From: Candidatus Eiseniibacteriota bacterium
GTDB lineage: Bacteria; Eisenbacteria; RBG-16-71-46
Assembly: GCA_041483195.1 (NCBI GenBank)
Contig: JBGPFC010000003.1
Location: 64,001-128,000, forward strand
Reading direction: 5' to 3'
Length of the DNA stretch: 64,000 nucleotides
Position 1 is the stretch's first letter. Every line of letters begins with the position of its first letter. This document shows, in pieces, positions 18,620 through 28,112 of this stretch. The translations under genes were made by a program, and so were the position numbers. The notes under the pieces are model-generated. The model worked only from the letters and a program-made list of their open reading frames with translations. It did no database searches and had not been told where the DNA came from.

Positions 18620-19261
18620 TCAGGGGCAGAGGGACGCCGCCCCGCAACCTAGCGCCGAGTTTGCCGAGAAGAAGTCGTCGAGCCAGGCGGAGAGATCGGA
18701 CCCGGTGAGAATGCCGTCGCCATCGTAGTCCGAACGCGCGAACGGCTGGCCCGAGAAATAGTCCGAAAGCCACGCGCTGAGATCGCCCCCGTCCACGCCG
18801 CCGCAGCCGGTCAGATCGAACACCGCGACCGGGACCGTCCGCAGCAGCACGCCATCCGCGTAAACCCGGAGCGTCGCACCCGTGGCCCCCGGTGGATCGC
18901 GATCGCAACCGATCACGTGAAACGTGACCGTGCCGCTGATGTCCGTGAATCTTCGCAGCGCGTGGTACTGGCACAGGTTGTCCACGCCCGGGTCGAGCGG
19001 GTCCAGGCAGATCGCGGCATCCGGGCACCCGCTGAAGTCGAGCACGACGTCCGCGCCGTACATCGGATTCCCGCTCAGCTTGCGCACCACGATCGTGAAC
19101 GCGCCGGCCGGATCGGGAGCGCCGTACGCGTCGTGCCCCACCACCGTGAGCATCGGCGGCACGGTCGAGGCCGAGGCGGAGGGGACATCGCCGAGCGCGG
19201 CGCCCGCGGCGAGCGACGCGAGGGCGAGCATCGTGGCGGTCAATGCTGCGAAGCGTCTCAT
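18620..19261 (-). CDS. Secreted protein with an Ig-like region and a C-terminal dockerin/EF-hand-like repeat
   Basis: Signal peptide; duplicated DLTGCGGVDGGDLSAWL / DYDGDGILTGSDLSAWL Ca-binding-type repeats. Confidence 0.75.
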   Translation of the reverse strand: MRRFAALTATMLALASLAAGAALGDVPSASASTVPPMLTVVGHDAYGAPDPAGAFTIVVRKLSGNPMYGADVVLDFSGCPDAAICLDPLDPGVDNLCQYHALRRFTDISGTVTFHVIGCDRDPPGATGATLRVYADGVLLRTVPVAVFDLTGCGGVDGGDLSAWLSDYFSGQPFARSDYDGDGILTGSDLSAWLDDFFSANSALGCGAASLCP

Positions 19262-19283
19262 GGTGACTCCGGATCGCGGGCGG

Positions 19284-19748
19284 CTAGAACGAAAACCCGA
19301 GCAGCCCCGGATCCGGCATGAGATCGGGACTCCAGGGGTCGGCGAGCACGTCGACCTCGCATGGCTGGGGGACGACGCTCATGGTGGCCTCCGTCACGTC
19401 CTTGATCAGCTGCGGCGCGTAAGGGCAGAACGGCGTGGTCATCATCATGCGAATCAGGGTCTTGTCCGGCTGGACGTGAATCTCGCGGATCAGGCCGAGG
19501 TCGATCACCGAGAGCGCGATCTCGGGGTCCATCACGGTCTCGAGCGCGGAGCGGATCGCCATCTCCTGCTGGCTCGGAGCCGACGAGGTGAAGGGCGCGG
19601 TCGCGCCGCCGGGAACGGGAGCGGCCGGGGCGGTCGCGCCGGTCGCGGGGCTCGCGCCGCCCGCGGATGGCTGCGGGGCGGGCTCGCCGGGAATCGGCTG
19701 CCCGGTGTGCGGGTTCAGGTGCTTCTCGCTCGGATCGCGATCGGTCAT
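19284..19748 (-). CDS. sufT: Metal-sulfur cluster assembly factor (SufT/DUF59, PaaD-like)
   Basis: ALETVMDPEIALSVIDLGLI, MMMTTPFCP, PWSPDLM; last gene of the suf operon. Confidence 0.88.
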   Translation of the reverse strand: MTDRDPSEKHLNPHTGQPIPGEPAPQPSAGGASPATGATAPAAPVPGGATAPFTSSAPSQQEMAIRSALETVMDPEIALSVIDLGLIREIHVQPDKTLIRMMMTTPFCPYAPQLIKDVTEATMSVVPQPCEVDVLADPWSPDLMPDPGLLGFSF

Positions 19749-20068
19749 GCCCAGCCCACCTTGATGTCGTCGCCTTCCACCCGGACCGCGTAGGTCGGCA
19801 CCGGAGCGGTCGCGGGAAGGCAGAGCACCGCTCCGGTCTTCACGTCGAACCGCGCGCCATGGCGCGGACACTCGATCACGTCGCCATCGAGCGGTCCCTC
19901 CGCCAGCGGACCCCCATCGTGCGTGCACACGTCGTCGATCGCGTAGTACCCGTCATCGAGATGGAAGACTGCGACCGGCTGATCGTCGATGCGGACGATC
20001 TTGCAGGTGCCCTTCGCGATCTCGCCCACCCGGGCGACCGTCACGAACGCGCCAGCGACCTCGCTCAT
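19745..20068 (-). CDS. Rieske-type ferredoxin
   Basis: CTH..GPL.EG and IECPRHGARFDVKTG Rieske motifs. Confidence 0.93.
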   Translation of the reverse strand: MSEVAGAFVTVARVGEIAKGTCKIVRIDDQPVAVFHLDDGYYAIDDVCTHDGGPLAEGPLDGDVIECPRHGARFDVKTGAVLCLPATAPVPTYAVRVEGDDIKVGWA

Positions 20069-20478
20069 CGCTCCTCCCCCTCTTCGCCCTCGCCGGGCCA
20101 GGCGTGCAGGCCGTAGACGCCGCCCTTCAGGGTCTTGAGCGCGAGCAGCGCGCACTTGAGGCGCACCGGGCCCAGCTCGATCCCCAGCATCTCGAGCACG
20201 TCCTCGCGCGAGATCTTCTTCGCCTCCTCGAGCGGCATGCCCTCGAGCTTCTCGCACAGCATCGAGGCCGAGGCCTGGCTGATCGAGCACCCCACCCCCG
20301 AGAAACGCACCGTCTCGATCTTCCCCTGGTTGATCTTGAAGTCCATGCGCAGCCGGTCGCCGCACAGCGGGTTCGCGTCTTCGTAGCTCACGTCGGGATG
20401 ATCGAGCGTGCCGTGGTGTCGCGGGTGCTTGTAGTGGTCGAGGATGTTCTCGCGATACAGCTCGTTCCACTCGCTCAT
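20065..20478 (-). CDS. sufU: SUF system NifU-family protein SufU
   Basis: LYRENILDHY, NPLCGD, GCSISQASAS, RLKCALL. Confidence 0.93.
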   Translation of the reverse strand: MSEWNELYRENILDHYKHPRHHGTLDHPDVSYEDANPLCGDRLRMDFKINQGKIETVRFSGVGCSISQASASMLCEKLEGMPLEEAKKISREDVLEMLGIELGPVRLKCALLALKTLKGGVYGLHAWPGEGEEGEER

Positions 20479-21743
20479 CGCGCGAACACCTTGCGCGCCT
20501 TGTGGAGCCCCGTCACCAGGGCGTCCACGTCCTCCGGGAGGTTGTAACAGTGGAACGAGGCGCGCGCCGAGGCCGGCACGCCGAGCTTCTCGTGGAGCGG
20601 CATCGCGCAATGATGGCCGGCGCGCACGCACACCCCGTCGCCGTCGAGCACGGTGGCGACGTCGTGCGGATGGATGTCGCCGAGCGTGAACGCCACCACG
20701 CCCCCGCGCTTCGCGGGCGGCGGACCGAGCAGGGCGAGGTCCGGCACCTCGCGCAGGCGCTCGAAAGCGTAGGCCGCCAGCTCGCGGTCGTGCGCGAACA
20801 CCGCGTCCATGCCGAGCGCCGTCAGATAGTCGACCGCCGCGCCGAAGCCAACCGCCTCGGCGATCGCCATGGTCCCGGCCTCGAACTTCCACGGCAGGTC
20901 GTTCCACTTCGAGCCGGTGAGCTTGACCTCGCGGATCATCTCGCCGCCGCCCAGGAACGGCGGCATCGCCTCGAGCAGCTCGCGCCGGCCCCACAGCGCG
21001 CCGATGCCGGTGGGCCCGAGCATCTTGTGGCTGGTGAACGCGACGAAGTCGGCGCCCAGCGCCTTCACGTCGACCGGGCAGTGCGGCACGCTCTGCGAGG
21101 CGTCCACCACCATCACCGCGCCCACGGCGTGCGCCTGCCTGGCGATCTCGGCGACCGGGTTCACGGTGCCGAGCACGTTGGAGATGTGCACGACCGAGAC
21201 CAGCTTCACGCGCCCGTCCGCGAGCAGGCCCGGCAGCGCTCCGAGTTCCAGCTCGCCGCCGCGCGTCACCGGGATGAAACGCAGCACGACGCCCCGCTCG
21301 TCGCCGAGGATCTGCCATGGCACGAGGTTCGAGTGGTGCTCCATCTCGGTGAGCACGATCGCGTCGCCCGCGCGCAGGTTGGACCTGCCCCAGGAGTAGG
21401 CGATCAGGTTGAGCGCCTCGGTGCTGTTGCGCGTGAAGATCAGCTCGCGCGGCGTGGCGGCGCCAACGAACGCCGCGACCCGCCGCCGCGCGTCTTCGTA
21501 GGCGGCGGTCGCCTGTTCGGCGATGCCGTAGATCCCGCGGTGGATGTTGGCGTTGAAGCTCGAGTAGTAGTGCGTCATCGCGTCGAGCACCGCGTCTGGC
21601 TTCTGCGAGGTGGCCGCGCTGTCGAGGTAGACGAGACGCTTCGCGCGCGGCTCGCGGAAGATCGGGAATTGCTCGCGCACCGCGCGAGGGTCGAACGTTC
21701 GGACGCTCGCCGGAGCGGCTCCCGCCGGATGGAAGTGCCTCAC
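20475..21743 (-). CDS. sufS: Cysteine desulfurase SufS
   Basis: YLDSAATSQKP, TEMEHHSN, SHKMLGPTGIG (PLP lysine), RAGHHCA. Confidence 0.96.
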   Translation of the reverse strand: MRHFHPAGAAPASVRTFDPRAVREQFPIFREPRAKRLVYLDSAATSQKPDAVLDAMTHYYSSFNANIHRGIYGIAEQATAAYEDARRRVAAFVGAATPRELIFTRNSTEALNLIAYSWGRSNLRAGDAIVLTEMEHHSNLVPWQILGDERGVVLRFIPVTRGGELELGALPGLLADGRVKLVSVVHISNVLGTVNPVAEIARQAHAVGAVMVVDASQSVPHCPVDVKALGADFVAFTSHKMLGPTGIGALWGRRELLEAMPPFLGGGEMIREVKLTGSKWNDLPWKFEAGTMAIAEAVGFGAAVDYLTALGMDAVFAHDRELAAYAFERLREVPDLALLGPPPAKRGGVVAFTLGDIHPHDVATVLDGDGVCVRAGHHCAMPLHEKLGVPASARASFHCYNLPEDVDALVTGLHKARKVFAR

Positions 21744-21747
21744 GGGT

Positions 21748-23091
21748 TCACCCGATCTTGCGCTGAATGACCTGCCGCAGTTGCTCGCGCACGCTCTCCA
21801 GCGGAATGCGGTCGAGCACCGGGACGAAGAAGCCCTCGACGATCAGTCGCTGCGCCTCGAGCCGCGGCAGGCCGCGCGACATGAGATAGTACATCTGCTC
21901 GTCGTCCACGTGCCCGATGGTCGCGCCGTGCGTGCAGCGCACGTCGTTCGCGAGGATCTCGAGGCCCGGAATGCTGTCGGCGCGCGCCTGGTCGGAGAGC
22001 AGCAGGTTGCGGTTCGCCTGATAGGCATCGGTGCGCTGAGCGCCCTCGCTCACCTGGATCAGCCCCTGGTACACGCTGCGCGCACGGTCCTTGAGACAGC
22101 CCTTGATGAGCAGGTCGCTGGTGGTGTGGTCCACGAGATGGCGCTGCAGCGTGTGCAGGTGAAAGTGCTGCCGCGCGTCGCCGAACATGAACCCGTGCAC
22201 GTACGCCGCCGCGCCCTGGCCGGCGAGATCGAAGTACGAATTGGTCTTGGTCATGCGGCTGCCGAGGATGGTCTGGATCCACTGCAGCTCGCTGTCGCGG
22301 CCGACTCGCGCGCGCTGGTTGCCGTAGTGGTACACGTTGCGGCCCCAGTCCTGAAGCGTGCCGAACACCAGCTTCGAGCCGTCCCCCACGAACACCTCGG
22401 TGCCGCCGCAGTGCATCGAGACGCCCTCGGCCGCCTCGCTCAGCTGCTCCTCGATGACGGTGGCCTTCGCGTCGCGGCCCAGCACCACGAGCGTGCGCGG
22501 CGCCGCGAACTTCGAGGCGCCGTCGAGCCAGTGGAGCAGCCGGATCGGCACCGCGGCCTCGACGCCGTCCGGCACGTACACGAACGCGCCACCCGAGCGC
22601 AGCGCGGCGCCCACCGCGACGTACCAGTCGTAATCGGGGGCCAGCAGCGCGCCGAACGTTTCGCGCAGCAGGTCGCCGTGCTCGCGCAGCGCGCGATCGA
22701 GCGAGCACACCACGACGCCCTGCTGATCGAGCGCGGGGTGGGAGCGCTCCATGACCGCTTCGCCGTTGCGCTGCACGACGAGCCCGAACTGTCCGGCGTC
22801 GATCGCGAGGCACGCGCGCAGCTCCGCGGGGAGGTCTTCGAGGCGCTGGGCGTGCGCGGTCCCGGCGAACGGATCGAGCCCGGGGAGCGCGGCCTCGAGC
22901 GAACGGAAATCGGTGCGGCGCCACAGCTCGTCCTCGCGGCTCGGGAACGCCAGCGAGCGTGCGATCTCGGCGGCCTCGCGCCGGCGCGCGAGCGCCCACT
23001 CGGGCTCGCGGCGCTCGGTGGCGCGGGCGATCGCGCGCGCCGCCCACTCCGCGTCGAAACCGGTCGCGGGGCCGATGGAGGTCGTCGTCAT
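21748..23091 (-). CDS. sufD: Fe-S cluster assembly protein SufD
   Basis: [50 protein letters not shown]. Confidence 0.95.
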   Translation of the reverse strand: MTTTSIGPATGFDAEWAARAIARATERREPEWALARRREAAEIARSLAFPSREDELWRRTDFRSLEAALPGLDPFAGTAHAQRLEDLPAELRACLAIDAGQFGLVVQRNGEAVMERSHPALDQQGVVVCSLDRALREHGDLLRETFGALLAPDYDWYVAVGAALRSGGAFVYVPDGVEAAVPIRLLHWLDGASKFAAPRTLVVLGRDAKATVIEEQLSEAAEGVSMHCGGTEVFVGDGSKLVFGTLQDWGRNVYHYGNQRARVGRDSELQWIQTILGSRMTKTNSYFDLAGQGAAAYVHGFMFGDARQHFHLHTLQRHLVDHTTSDLLIKGCLKDRARSVYQGLIQVSEGAQRTDAYQANRNLLLSDQARADSIPGLEILANDVRCTHGATIGHVDDEQMYYLMSRGLPRLEAQRLIVEGFFVPVLDRIPLESVREQLRQVIQRKIG

Positions 23092-24497
23092 CCGACCGAG
23101 CCCTCCATCTGGAGCTGGATCAGGCGGTTCATCTCGACGGCGTATTCCATCGGCAATTCCTTCACGATCGGCTCGATGAAGCCCGAGACGATCATCGCCG
23201 CCGCCTCTTCCTTGGGGATGCCGCGGCTCTGGAGATAGAACAGCTGCTCGTCGCCGATCTTCGAGACCGTCGCCTCGTGGCCGATCGAGACCTTGTCCTC
23301 CTCGATCTCCATGTAGGGATAGGTGTCGGAGCGCGAATCCTCGTCGAGCAGCAGCGCGTCGCAGTTCACCGTGCTGCGGCAGTTGGTCGCGCCCTTCTGC
23401 ACCTTGACCAGCCCGCGGTAGCCGGCGCGCCCGCCGTCCTTGCTGATGGACTTCGAGATGATCTTGCTCGTGGTGTTGGGCGCGCAGTGCACCACCTTGC
23501 CGCCCGCGTCCTGGTGCTGTCCCTTGCCGGCGAACGCGATCGAGAGGATCTCGCCGTGCGCGCCCGGCTCCATCATGTACACGCTCGGGTACTTCATCGT
23601 GAGCTTGGATCCCAGGTTGCCGTCCACCCACTCCATGGTCGCGTCGCGGTAGGCGAGCGCGCGCTTGGTGACCAGGTTGTAAACGTTGTTCGACCAGTTC
23701 TGGATGGTGGTGTAGCGGCAGCGCGCGCCGGGCTTCACGATGATCTCGACCACCGCCGAATGGAGCGAGTCGCTGGTGAAAATGGGCGCGGTACAGCCCT
23801 CGACATAATGCACGAACGCGCCTTCGTCCACGATGATCAGCGTGCGCTCGAACTGGCCCATGTCGCGCGTGTTGATGCGGAAGTAGGCCTGGAGCGGCAC
23901 GTCCACGTGGACGCCCTTCGGCACGTAGATGAACGAGCCGCCCGACCACACCGCCGAGTTGAGCGCAGCGAACTTGTTGTCGGCGGGCGGAATCACCGTT
24001 GCGAAGTATTCCTTGAAGAGCGCCTCGTGATCGCGCAACGCGTGATCGGCCGACAGGAAGATGACGCCGAGCTTCTCGAGGTGCTCTTTGATCTTGTGAT
24101 AGACCACCTCGGAGTCGTACTGCGCGCCAACGCCGGCGAGGAACTTCTGCTCGGCCTCTGGAATGCCGAGCTTGTTGAAGGTGCGCTTCATGTCGGCGGG
24201 CACGTCCTCCCAGGACTTCACTTCAGCGGAGGTGGGCTTCACGTAATAGAAGATGTTCTGGAAATCGATCTGCGACAGATCGCCGCCCCAGCCGGGCAGG
24301 GGCTTCTTCCAGAAGGTCTCGAGCGACTTGAGGCGGAACTCCCGCATCCACTGCGGCTCGCCCTTCAGGTCGCAGATCTGGTTGATGATCTCGGGATCGA
24401 GGCCGCGGCGGGACTTGAACACCGACTGCTCCTCGTCGTGGAAGCCGTACTTCTCAGCGTAGCCCTGGCGGAGGTCGAGATTCGGAGCGGTGCTCAT
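23088..24497 (-). CDS. sufB: Fe-S cluster assembly protein SufB
   Basis: [52 protein letters not shown]. Confidence 0.98.
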   Translation of the reverse strand: MSTAPNLDLRQGYAEKYGFHDEEQSVFKSRRGLDPEIINQICDLKGEPQWMREFRLKSLETFWKKPLPGWGGDLSQIDFQNIFYYVKPTSAEVKSWEDVPADMKRTFNKLGIPEAEQKFLAGVGAQYDSEVVYHKIKEHLEKLGVIFLSADHALRDHEALFKEYFATVIPPADNKFAALNSAVWSGGSFIYVPKGVHVDVPLQAYFRINTRDMGQFERTLIIVDEGAFVHYVEGCTAPIFTSDSLHSAVVEIIVKPGARCRYTTIQNWSNNVYNLVTKRALAYRDATMEWVDGNLGSKLTMKYPSVYMMEPGAHGEILSIAFAGKGQHQDAGGKVVHCAPNTTSKIISKSISKDGGRAGYRGLVKVQKGATNCRSTVNCDALLLDEDSRSDTYPYMEIEEDKVSIGHEATVSKIGDEQLFYLQSRGIPKEEAAAMIVSGFIEPIVKELPMEYAVEMNRLIQLQMEGSVG

Positions 24498-25297
24498 GAC
24501 GCCTCCACTTCCTTGCCGTCCTTCACCCAGTCGTAGCCGCGGCTCTCGAGCTGATGCGCGAGGTCGGCCCCGCCCGACAGCTGGATGCGCCCGTCCACCA
24601 TGACGTGCACGAAGTGCGGGTGGACATAATTCAGGATCCGCTGGTAGTGCGTGATGATCAGCACCCCCATCCCGGGTCCGGCGAGCGCGTTCACGCCCTC
24701 CGACACGATGCGCAGCGCGTCGATGTCGAGGCCGGAGTCGGTCTCGTCCATGATCGCGATCTCGGGCTTGAGCAGCGCCATCTGGAGGATCTCGGCGCGC
24801 TTCTTCTCGCCCCCCGAGAAACCGTCGTTGAGATAGCGCCCCGCGAAGCTCGGGTCCATGTGGAGCAGCGCCATCTTCTCGGTGAGCAGCGCGCGGAATT
24901 CCTTCGGGGCGATGCCGCGCCGGGTCGGCATCGCGCCGTCGCCGTTGGTGTCGGGCGGCGCGAGCCGCGCGTTGAGGGCGGTGCGCAGGAAATTGGCCAT
25001 CGTGACGCCGGGGATCGCGACCGGGTACTGGAACGCCATGAAGAGCCCGGCGCGCGAGCGCTCGTCGGCTTCCATCTCGAGCACGCTCTGGCCGCGGAAC
25101 AGGATGTCTCCGCCCGTCACCTCGTAGCGCGGATGGCCCATCAGGGTGTTCGCGAACGTGCTCTTGCCCGAGCCGTTCGGCCCCATCAGGGCGTGGATCT
25201 CGCCCTTGCGGACCTCGAGGCTCAGGCCCTTCAGGATTTCCTTGCCCTCCACCGCGACGCGGAGGTCCTTGACGATCAGTTCAGGCGTCTGACTCAT
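24494..25297 (-). CDS. sufC: Fe-S cluster assembly ATPase SufC
   Basis: [48 protein letters not shown]. Confidence 0.98.
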   Translation of the reverse strand: MSQTPELIVKDLRVAVEGKEILKGLSLEVRKGEIHALMGPNGSGKSTFANTLMGHPRYEVTGGDILFRGQSVLEMEADERSRAGLFMAFQYPVAIPGVTMANFLRTALNARLAPPDTNGDGAMPTRRGIAPKEFRALLTEKMALLHMDPSFAGRYLNDGFSGGEKKRAEILQMALLKPEIAIMDETDSGLDIDALRIVSEGVNALAGPGMGVLIITHYQRILNYVHPHFVHVMVDGRIQLSGGADLAHQLESRGYDWVKDGKEVEAS

Positions 25298-25393
25298 GTC
25301 GGGCTTTCCTGGCCGCCGCGCGCGGCGGGACGTGGAGCGGGAAGCGCCGCCTCACCGACGGCCGCCCCGCGACTCCTTGAGAGCTGCGCGAAC

Positions 25394-25762
25394 CTACGCT
25401 GTGAAGCTTTCGCCGCAGGCGCAGCTGTGACGCACGTTCGGATTGTTGAACTTGAACCCCGAGCCCATCAGGCCCTCGACGTAGTCCACGACGGTGCCGG
25501 CGAGCAGCAACCCGCTCTTGGTGTCGACCACCAGCTTCACGCCGTGGCTCTCGATCAGATCGTCGCCCGCCTCCGCCGCCTCGCAGAACTCCATGAAGTA
25601 CGAATTGCCGGAGCATCCGCCGCCGCGCACGCCGATGCGCAGGCACTGCTCCGACGTCCCGCGCTGCGCGATCAGCTCCTGCACCTTCAGCGACGCTCCC
25701 GGGGTCAGCGAAACCGGGCCCTTCACGGCCGGGCTGTTGATACCGATGATTGGAAGATCCAT
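25394..25762 (-). CDS. iscA: A-type Fe-S carrier (IscA/SufA/HesB family)
   Basis: LRIGVRGGGCSG and FNNPN...CACGESF; ATG at 25762, with an alternative GTG at 25771 overlapping the merR stop. Confidence 0.93.
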   Translation of the reverse strand: MDLPIIGINSPAVKGPVSLTPGASLKVQELIAQRGTSEQCLRIGVRGGGCSGNSYFMEFCEAAEAGDDLIESHGVKLVVDTKSGLLLAGTVVDYVEGLMGSGFKFNNPNVRHSCACGESFTA

Positions 25763-25767
25763 GGTCC

Positions 25768-26322
25768 TCACTCGATCTCTTCGACTCGAACGAATCCCGC
25801 ACGCGGCGCTCTGCGCGCCGAGCCGGGGGCTGACGTGATTCCGGCGACCAGCGCCGGCTCATTCCGCATGCCGTGATCCTGGCTGCATCCCACGCACACC
25901 TTCACATGCGACGGCGTCGCGCACTCGCGGCAGGTCTCGAGATAGGCGAGTCCGCGCTCGAGCTCCCGCTCGAGGTCTCCAAAGCGCCTGACCGACTCGC
26001 GGGTGTCGGCGAGCTTGCGCACGAACAGCGTGCGCAGGCGGTCCATCGCGTCCGGACCCAGTCCCGCGCTCCACCACGACTGGAGCACCTCGCGCATCTC
26101 GTGGAGCGAGAATCCGAGTCCGTGGAGCAGATCGATCCAGCGCACGCGCTCGACCGCGCCCGGATCGTAGAGGCGGAATCCGCCGCTGGTTCGGGTCGCG
26201 GGCTTCAGCAGGCCGAGCTCTTCGTACAGGTGGATCGCGCGGACCGTCTTGCCGGTCTGGCGCGCGAGATCACCGATGCGAAGGAGCTGGCTGCGATCGC
26301 TTGTCGAATTGGTCTGGATCAT
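25768..26322 (-). CDS. MerR-family transcriptional regulator with a C-terminal CX2CX8CX2C motif
   Basis: LRIGDLARQTGKTVRAIHLYEELGLL.P..RTSGGFRLY, GFSL.EM; C-terminal CRECATPSHVKVCVGC. Confidence 0.92.
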   Translation of the reverse strand: MIQTNSTSDRSQLLRIGDLARQTGKTVRAIHLYEELGLLKPATRTSGGFRLYDPGAVERVRWIDLLHGLGFSLHEMREVLQSWWSAGLGPDAMDRLRTLFVRKLADTRESVRRFGDLERELERGLAYLETCRECATPSHVKVCVGCSQDHGMRNEPALVAGITSAPGSARRAPRAGFVRVEEIE

Positions 26323-26344
26323 ACCCTTACGTGCGCGTTAGAGT
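26323..26344. promoter_or_regulatory. Imperfect palindrome, putative operator of the MerR-family regulator
   Basis: ACCCTTACGTG|CGCGTTAGAGT (8 of 11 positions dyad-symmetric), lying between the -10 box and the merR ATG. Confidence 0.55.
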
Positions 26345-26352
26345 GCGCCCAG

Positions 26353-26381
26353 AAGCTAATGGATCCACGCGATTTCGTCAA
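26353..26381 (-). promoter_or_regulatory. Sigma70-type promoter of the merR-iscA-suf operon
   Basis: Minus strand TTGACG-N17-TAGCTT, ending 30 nt upstream of the merR ATG. Confidence 0.7.
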
Positions 26382-26432
26382 GATTCCTGGACCGCAGGAT
26401 TTTGGGGCGGTTGGCCCAGCCCGCGGCCGGGT

Positions 26433-27281
26433 TCAGACCCCGTCGCCCTTGAAATCGGACTCTCCCGTGACCTCGTTCGGGGGGTGGACCGGGACCTCCC
26501 CCGCCAGCTCATCGACGATGGTTTCCGGGGTACGGTCCGGCACCCTCCGATAGATCACGCCCAGCTTGAAGCGGTCGCCGTCCGCCGCCTCGAGCGCACG
26601 CGCGTAGTCGGTGGGGTCCCAGCTCTCGGGCAGCAGCTCGCAGCGCCGGTACACCTGCTCCGCGTACTCCGGCTTCTGATAGGTCACGCAGCCCGCGAGC
26701 ACGTGCAGGAACGCGAAGCCCGGGTACTCAATCGCCTCGCGGAACATCTTTCGCAGGTGCGGGAGGTTCCCGGCGTGGGTTCGCGCGACGAACCCGCAGC
26801 CCGACGACAGCACCAGCAGCACCGGATTGAGCGGCTGTTCCTCCGCTCCGGCGAGGCCGCGATCGTGCTTGAACTCGGTCGCGGTGGTGGGCGACGCCTG
26901 TCCCTTGGTGAGCCCGTAGATGCCGTTGTCGAGCACCGCGTACGTGATCGGCACGTTGCGCCGGATCGCGTGCGGGATGTGACCGAGCCCGATGCTGAAG
27001 CCGTCGCCGTCGCCGCCCACCACGACGGTGGTGATCTCGGGGCGCGCGACCTTGAGCCCGGTCGCGATCGGCAGGGCGCGGCCGTGAATGGAATTGAAGG
27101 CGTACGACCGGGTGTAACCCGGCAGCCGGCTCGAGCACCCGATGCCCGAGATCACCGCCAGCTTCTCGGGCGCGATCGCGAGGTCGCTGAGGGCCTGCGT
27201 CAGGCCCTTGAGCACGCCGTAGTCTCCGCACCCGGTGCACCACACCGGCTCGAGATCGGAGCGATAGTCCTTCGGTTTCAC
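26433..27281 (-). CDS. korB: 2-oxoacid:ferredoxin oxidoreductase beta subunit (KorB-like)
   Basis: WCTGCGD, SGIGCSSR, HGRALP.ATG, GGDGDG, DNGIYGLTKGQASPT; GGAGG RBS. Confidence 0.93.
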   Translation of the reverse strand: MKPKDYRSDLEPVWCTGCGDYGVLKGLTQALSDLAIAPEKLAVISGIGCSSRLPGYTRSYAFNSIHGRALPIATGLKVARPEITTVVVGGDGDGFSIGLGHIPHAIRRNVPITYAVLDNGIYGLTKGQASPTTATEFKHDRGLAGAEEQPLNPVLLVLSSGCGFVARTHAGNLPHLRKMFREAIEYPGFAFLHVLAGCVTYQKPEYAEQVYRRCELLPESWDPTDYARALEAADGDRFKLGVIYRRVPDRTPETIVDELAGEVPVHPPNEVTGESDFKGDGV

Positions 27282-27309
27282 GGTCTCACCTCCTCCAGGG
27301 AACTCGCGG

Positions 27310-28083
27310 TCACCAAGCTGTCCATCCGCCGTCCACGTACACTTCCGAACCCGTCACGTACGACGCGTCGTCGCTCGCCAGGAACGCGATGACGCCGGCC
27401 ACTTCCTCGGACGTCCCGATCCGCCCCATCGGGGTGTGGGTCGTGACGAATGCCTGCATCGCGCGCGCGGCCTCGGTCCCGCCTTCAAGAAACGGCGCCA
27501 CCATCGGCGTCTCGATGAAGCCGGGGTGCACCGAGTTCACGCGGATGCCCTCGCGCGCCCAGCGGATCGCCGCGTTCTTGGTCATGAGGCGCATCGCACC
27601 CTTCGAGGCGTGATACGCGAATGCGTTGCCGTTCCCGCCCACCGCGCCGTAGATGGACGAAACGTTGATCACAGAGCTATGCCCCGACCGCTTGAGCGCG
27701 GCGGCGGCGGCCTTCATGCCCAGCCAGGTGCCGGTCTGGTTGATGGCGATCAGGCGGTCGTAGCCTTCGCGGGTCTCGGTCTCGACGTCTTCGAGGCGCG
27801 CGACCCCCGCGTTGTTCACCAGCACGTGGAGCCCGCCGAACGCGCGCACCGTGCGCTCGATCGCCGCGGTCCATTCGGCCTCGTTCGAGACGTCGAGGTG
27901 CAGGGCCTCCGCGCGTCCGCCGGTCGCCCGGATCCGGTCTGCGACGGCCCGCGCCTCGTCGTCGAGCACGTCGGCGATCGCGACCGCCGCGCCCTCGGCG
28001 GCGAGCCGCACCGCGGTCGCGGCGCCGATTCCTCTCGCCCCGCCGGTGACGAGCGCCACCCGGTTCGTGAGTCTCGCGTTCAT
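27310..28083 (-). CDS. Classical short-chain dehydrogenase/reductase (SDR)
   Basis: TGGARGIG, NNAG, NVSS, YHASK (YxxxK), IRVNSVHPG, VDGG. Confidence 0.93.
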   Translation of the reverse strand: MNARLTNRVALVTGGARGIGAATAVRLAAEGAAVAIADVLDDEARAVADRIRATGGRAEALHLDVSNEAEWTAAIERTVRAFGGLHVLVNNAGVARLEDVETETREGYDRLIAINQTGTWLGMKAAAAALKRSGHSSVINVSSIYGAVGGNGNAFAYHASKGAMRLMTKNAAIRWAREGIRVNSVHPGFIETPMVAPFLEGGTEAARAMQAFVTTHTPMGRIGTSEEVAGVIAFLASDDASYVTGSEVYVDGGWTAW

Positions 28084-28112
28084 GATGTTCTCCTCCGCGC
28101 GGCCCCGCGCGT

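Noticed and set aside
23092..23949. Apparent 733-aa SufD, and similar track extensions of RnfC/D/E/G, PorA/B, DUF4032 and IDH
   Set aside because: Off-frame run-ins from the upstream gene; real starts sit at stop/start overlaps or after an RBS.
26318..26348. Classical MerR activator promoter using TATGAT as -10 with a 19-bp spacer
   Set aside because: No credible -35 at 19-20 bp, and it would overlap the only plausible start codon; the upstream TTGACG-N17-TAGCTT fits better.
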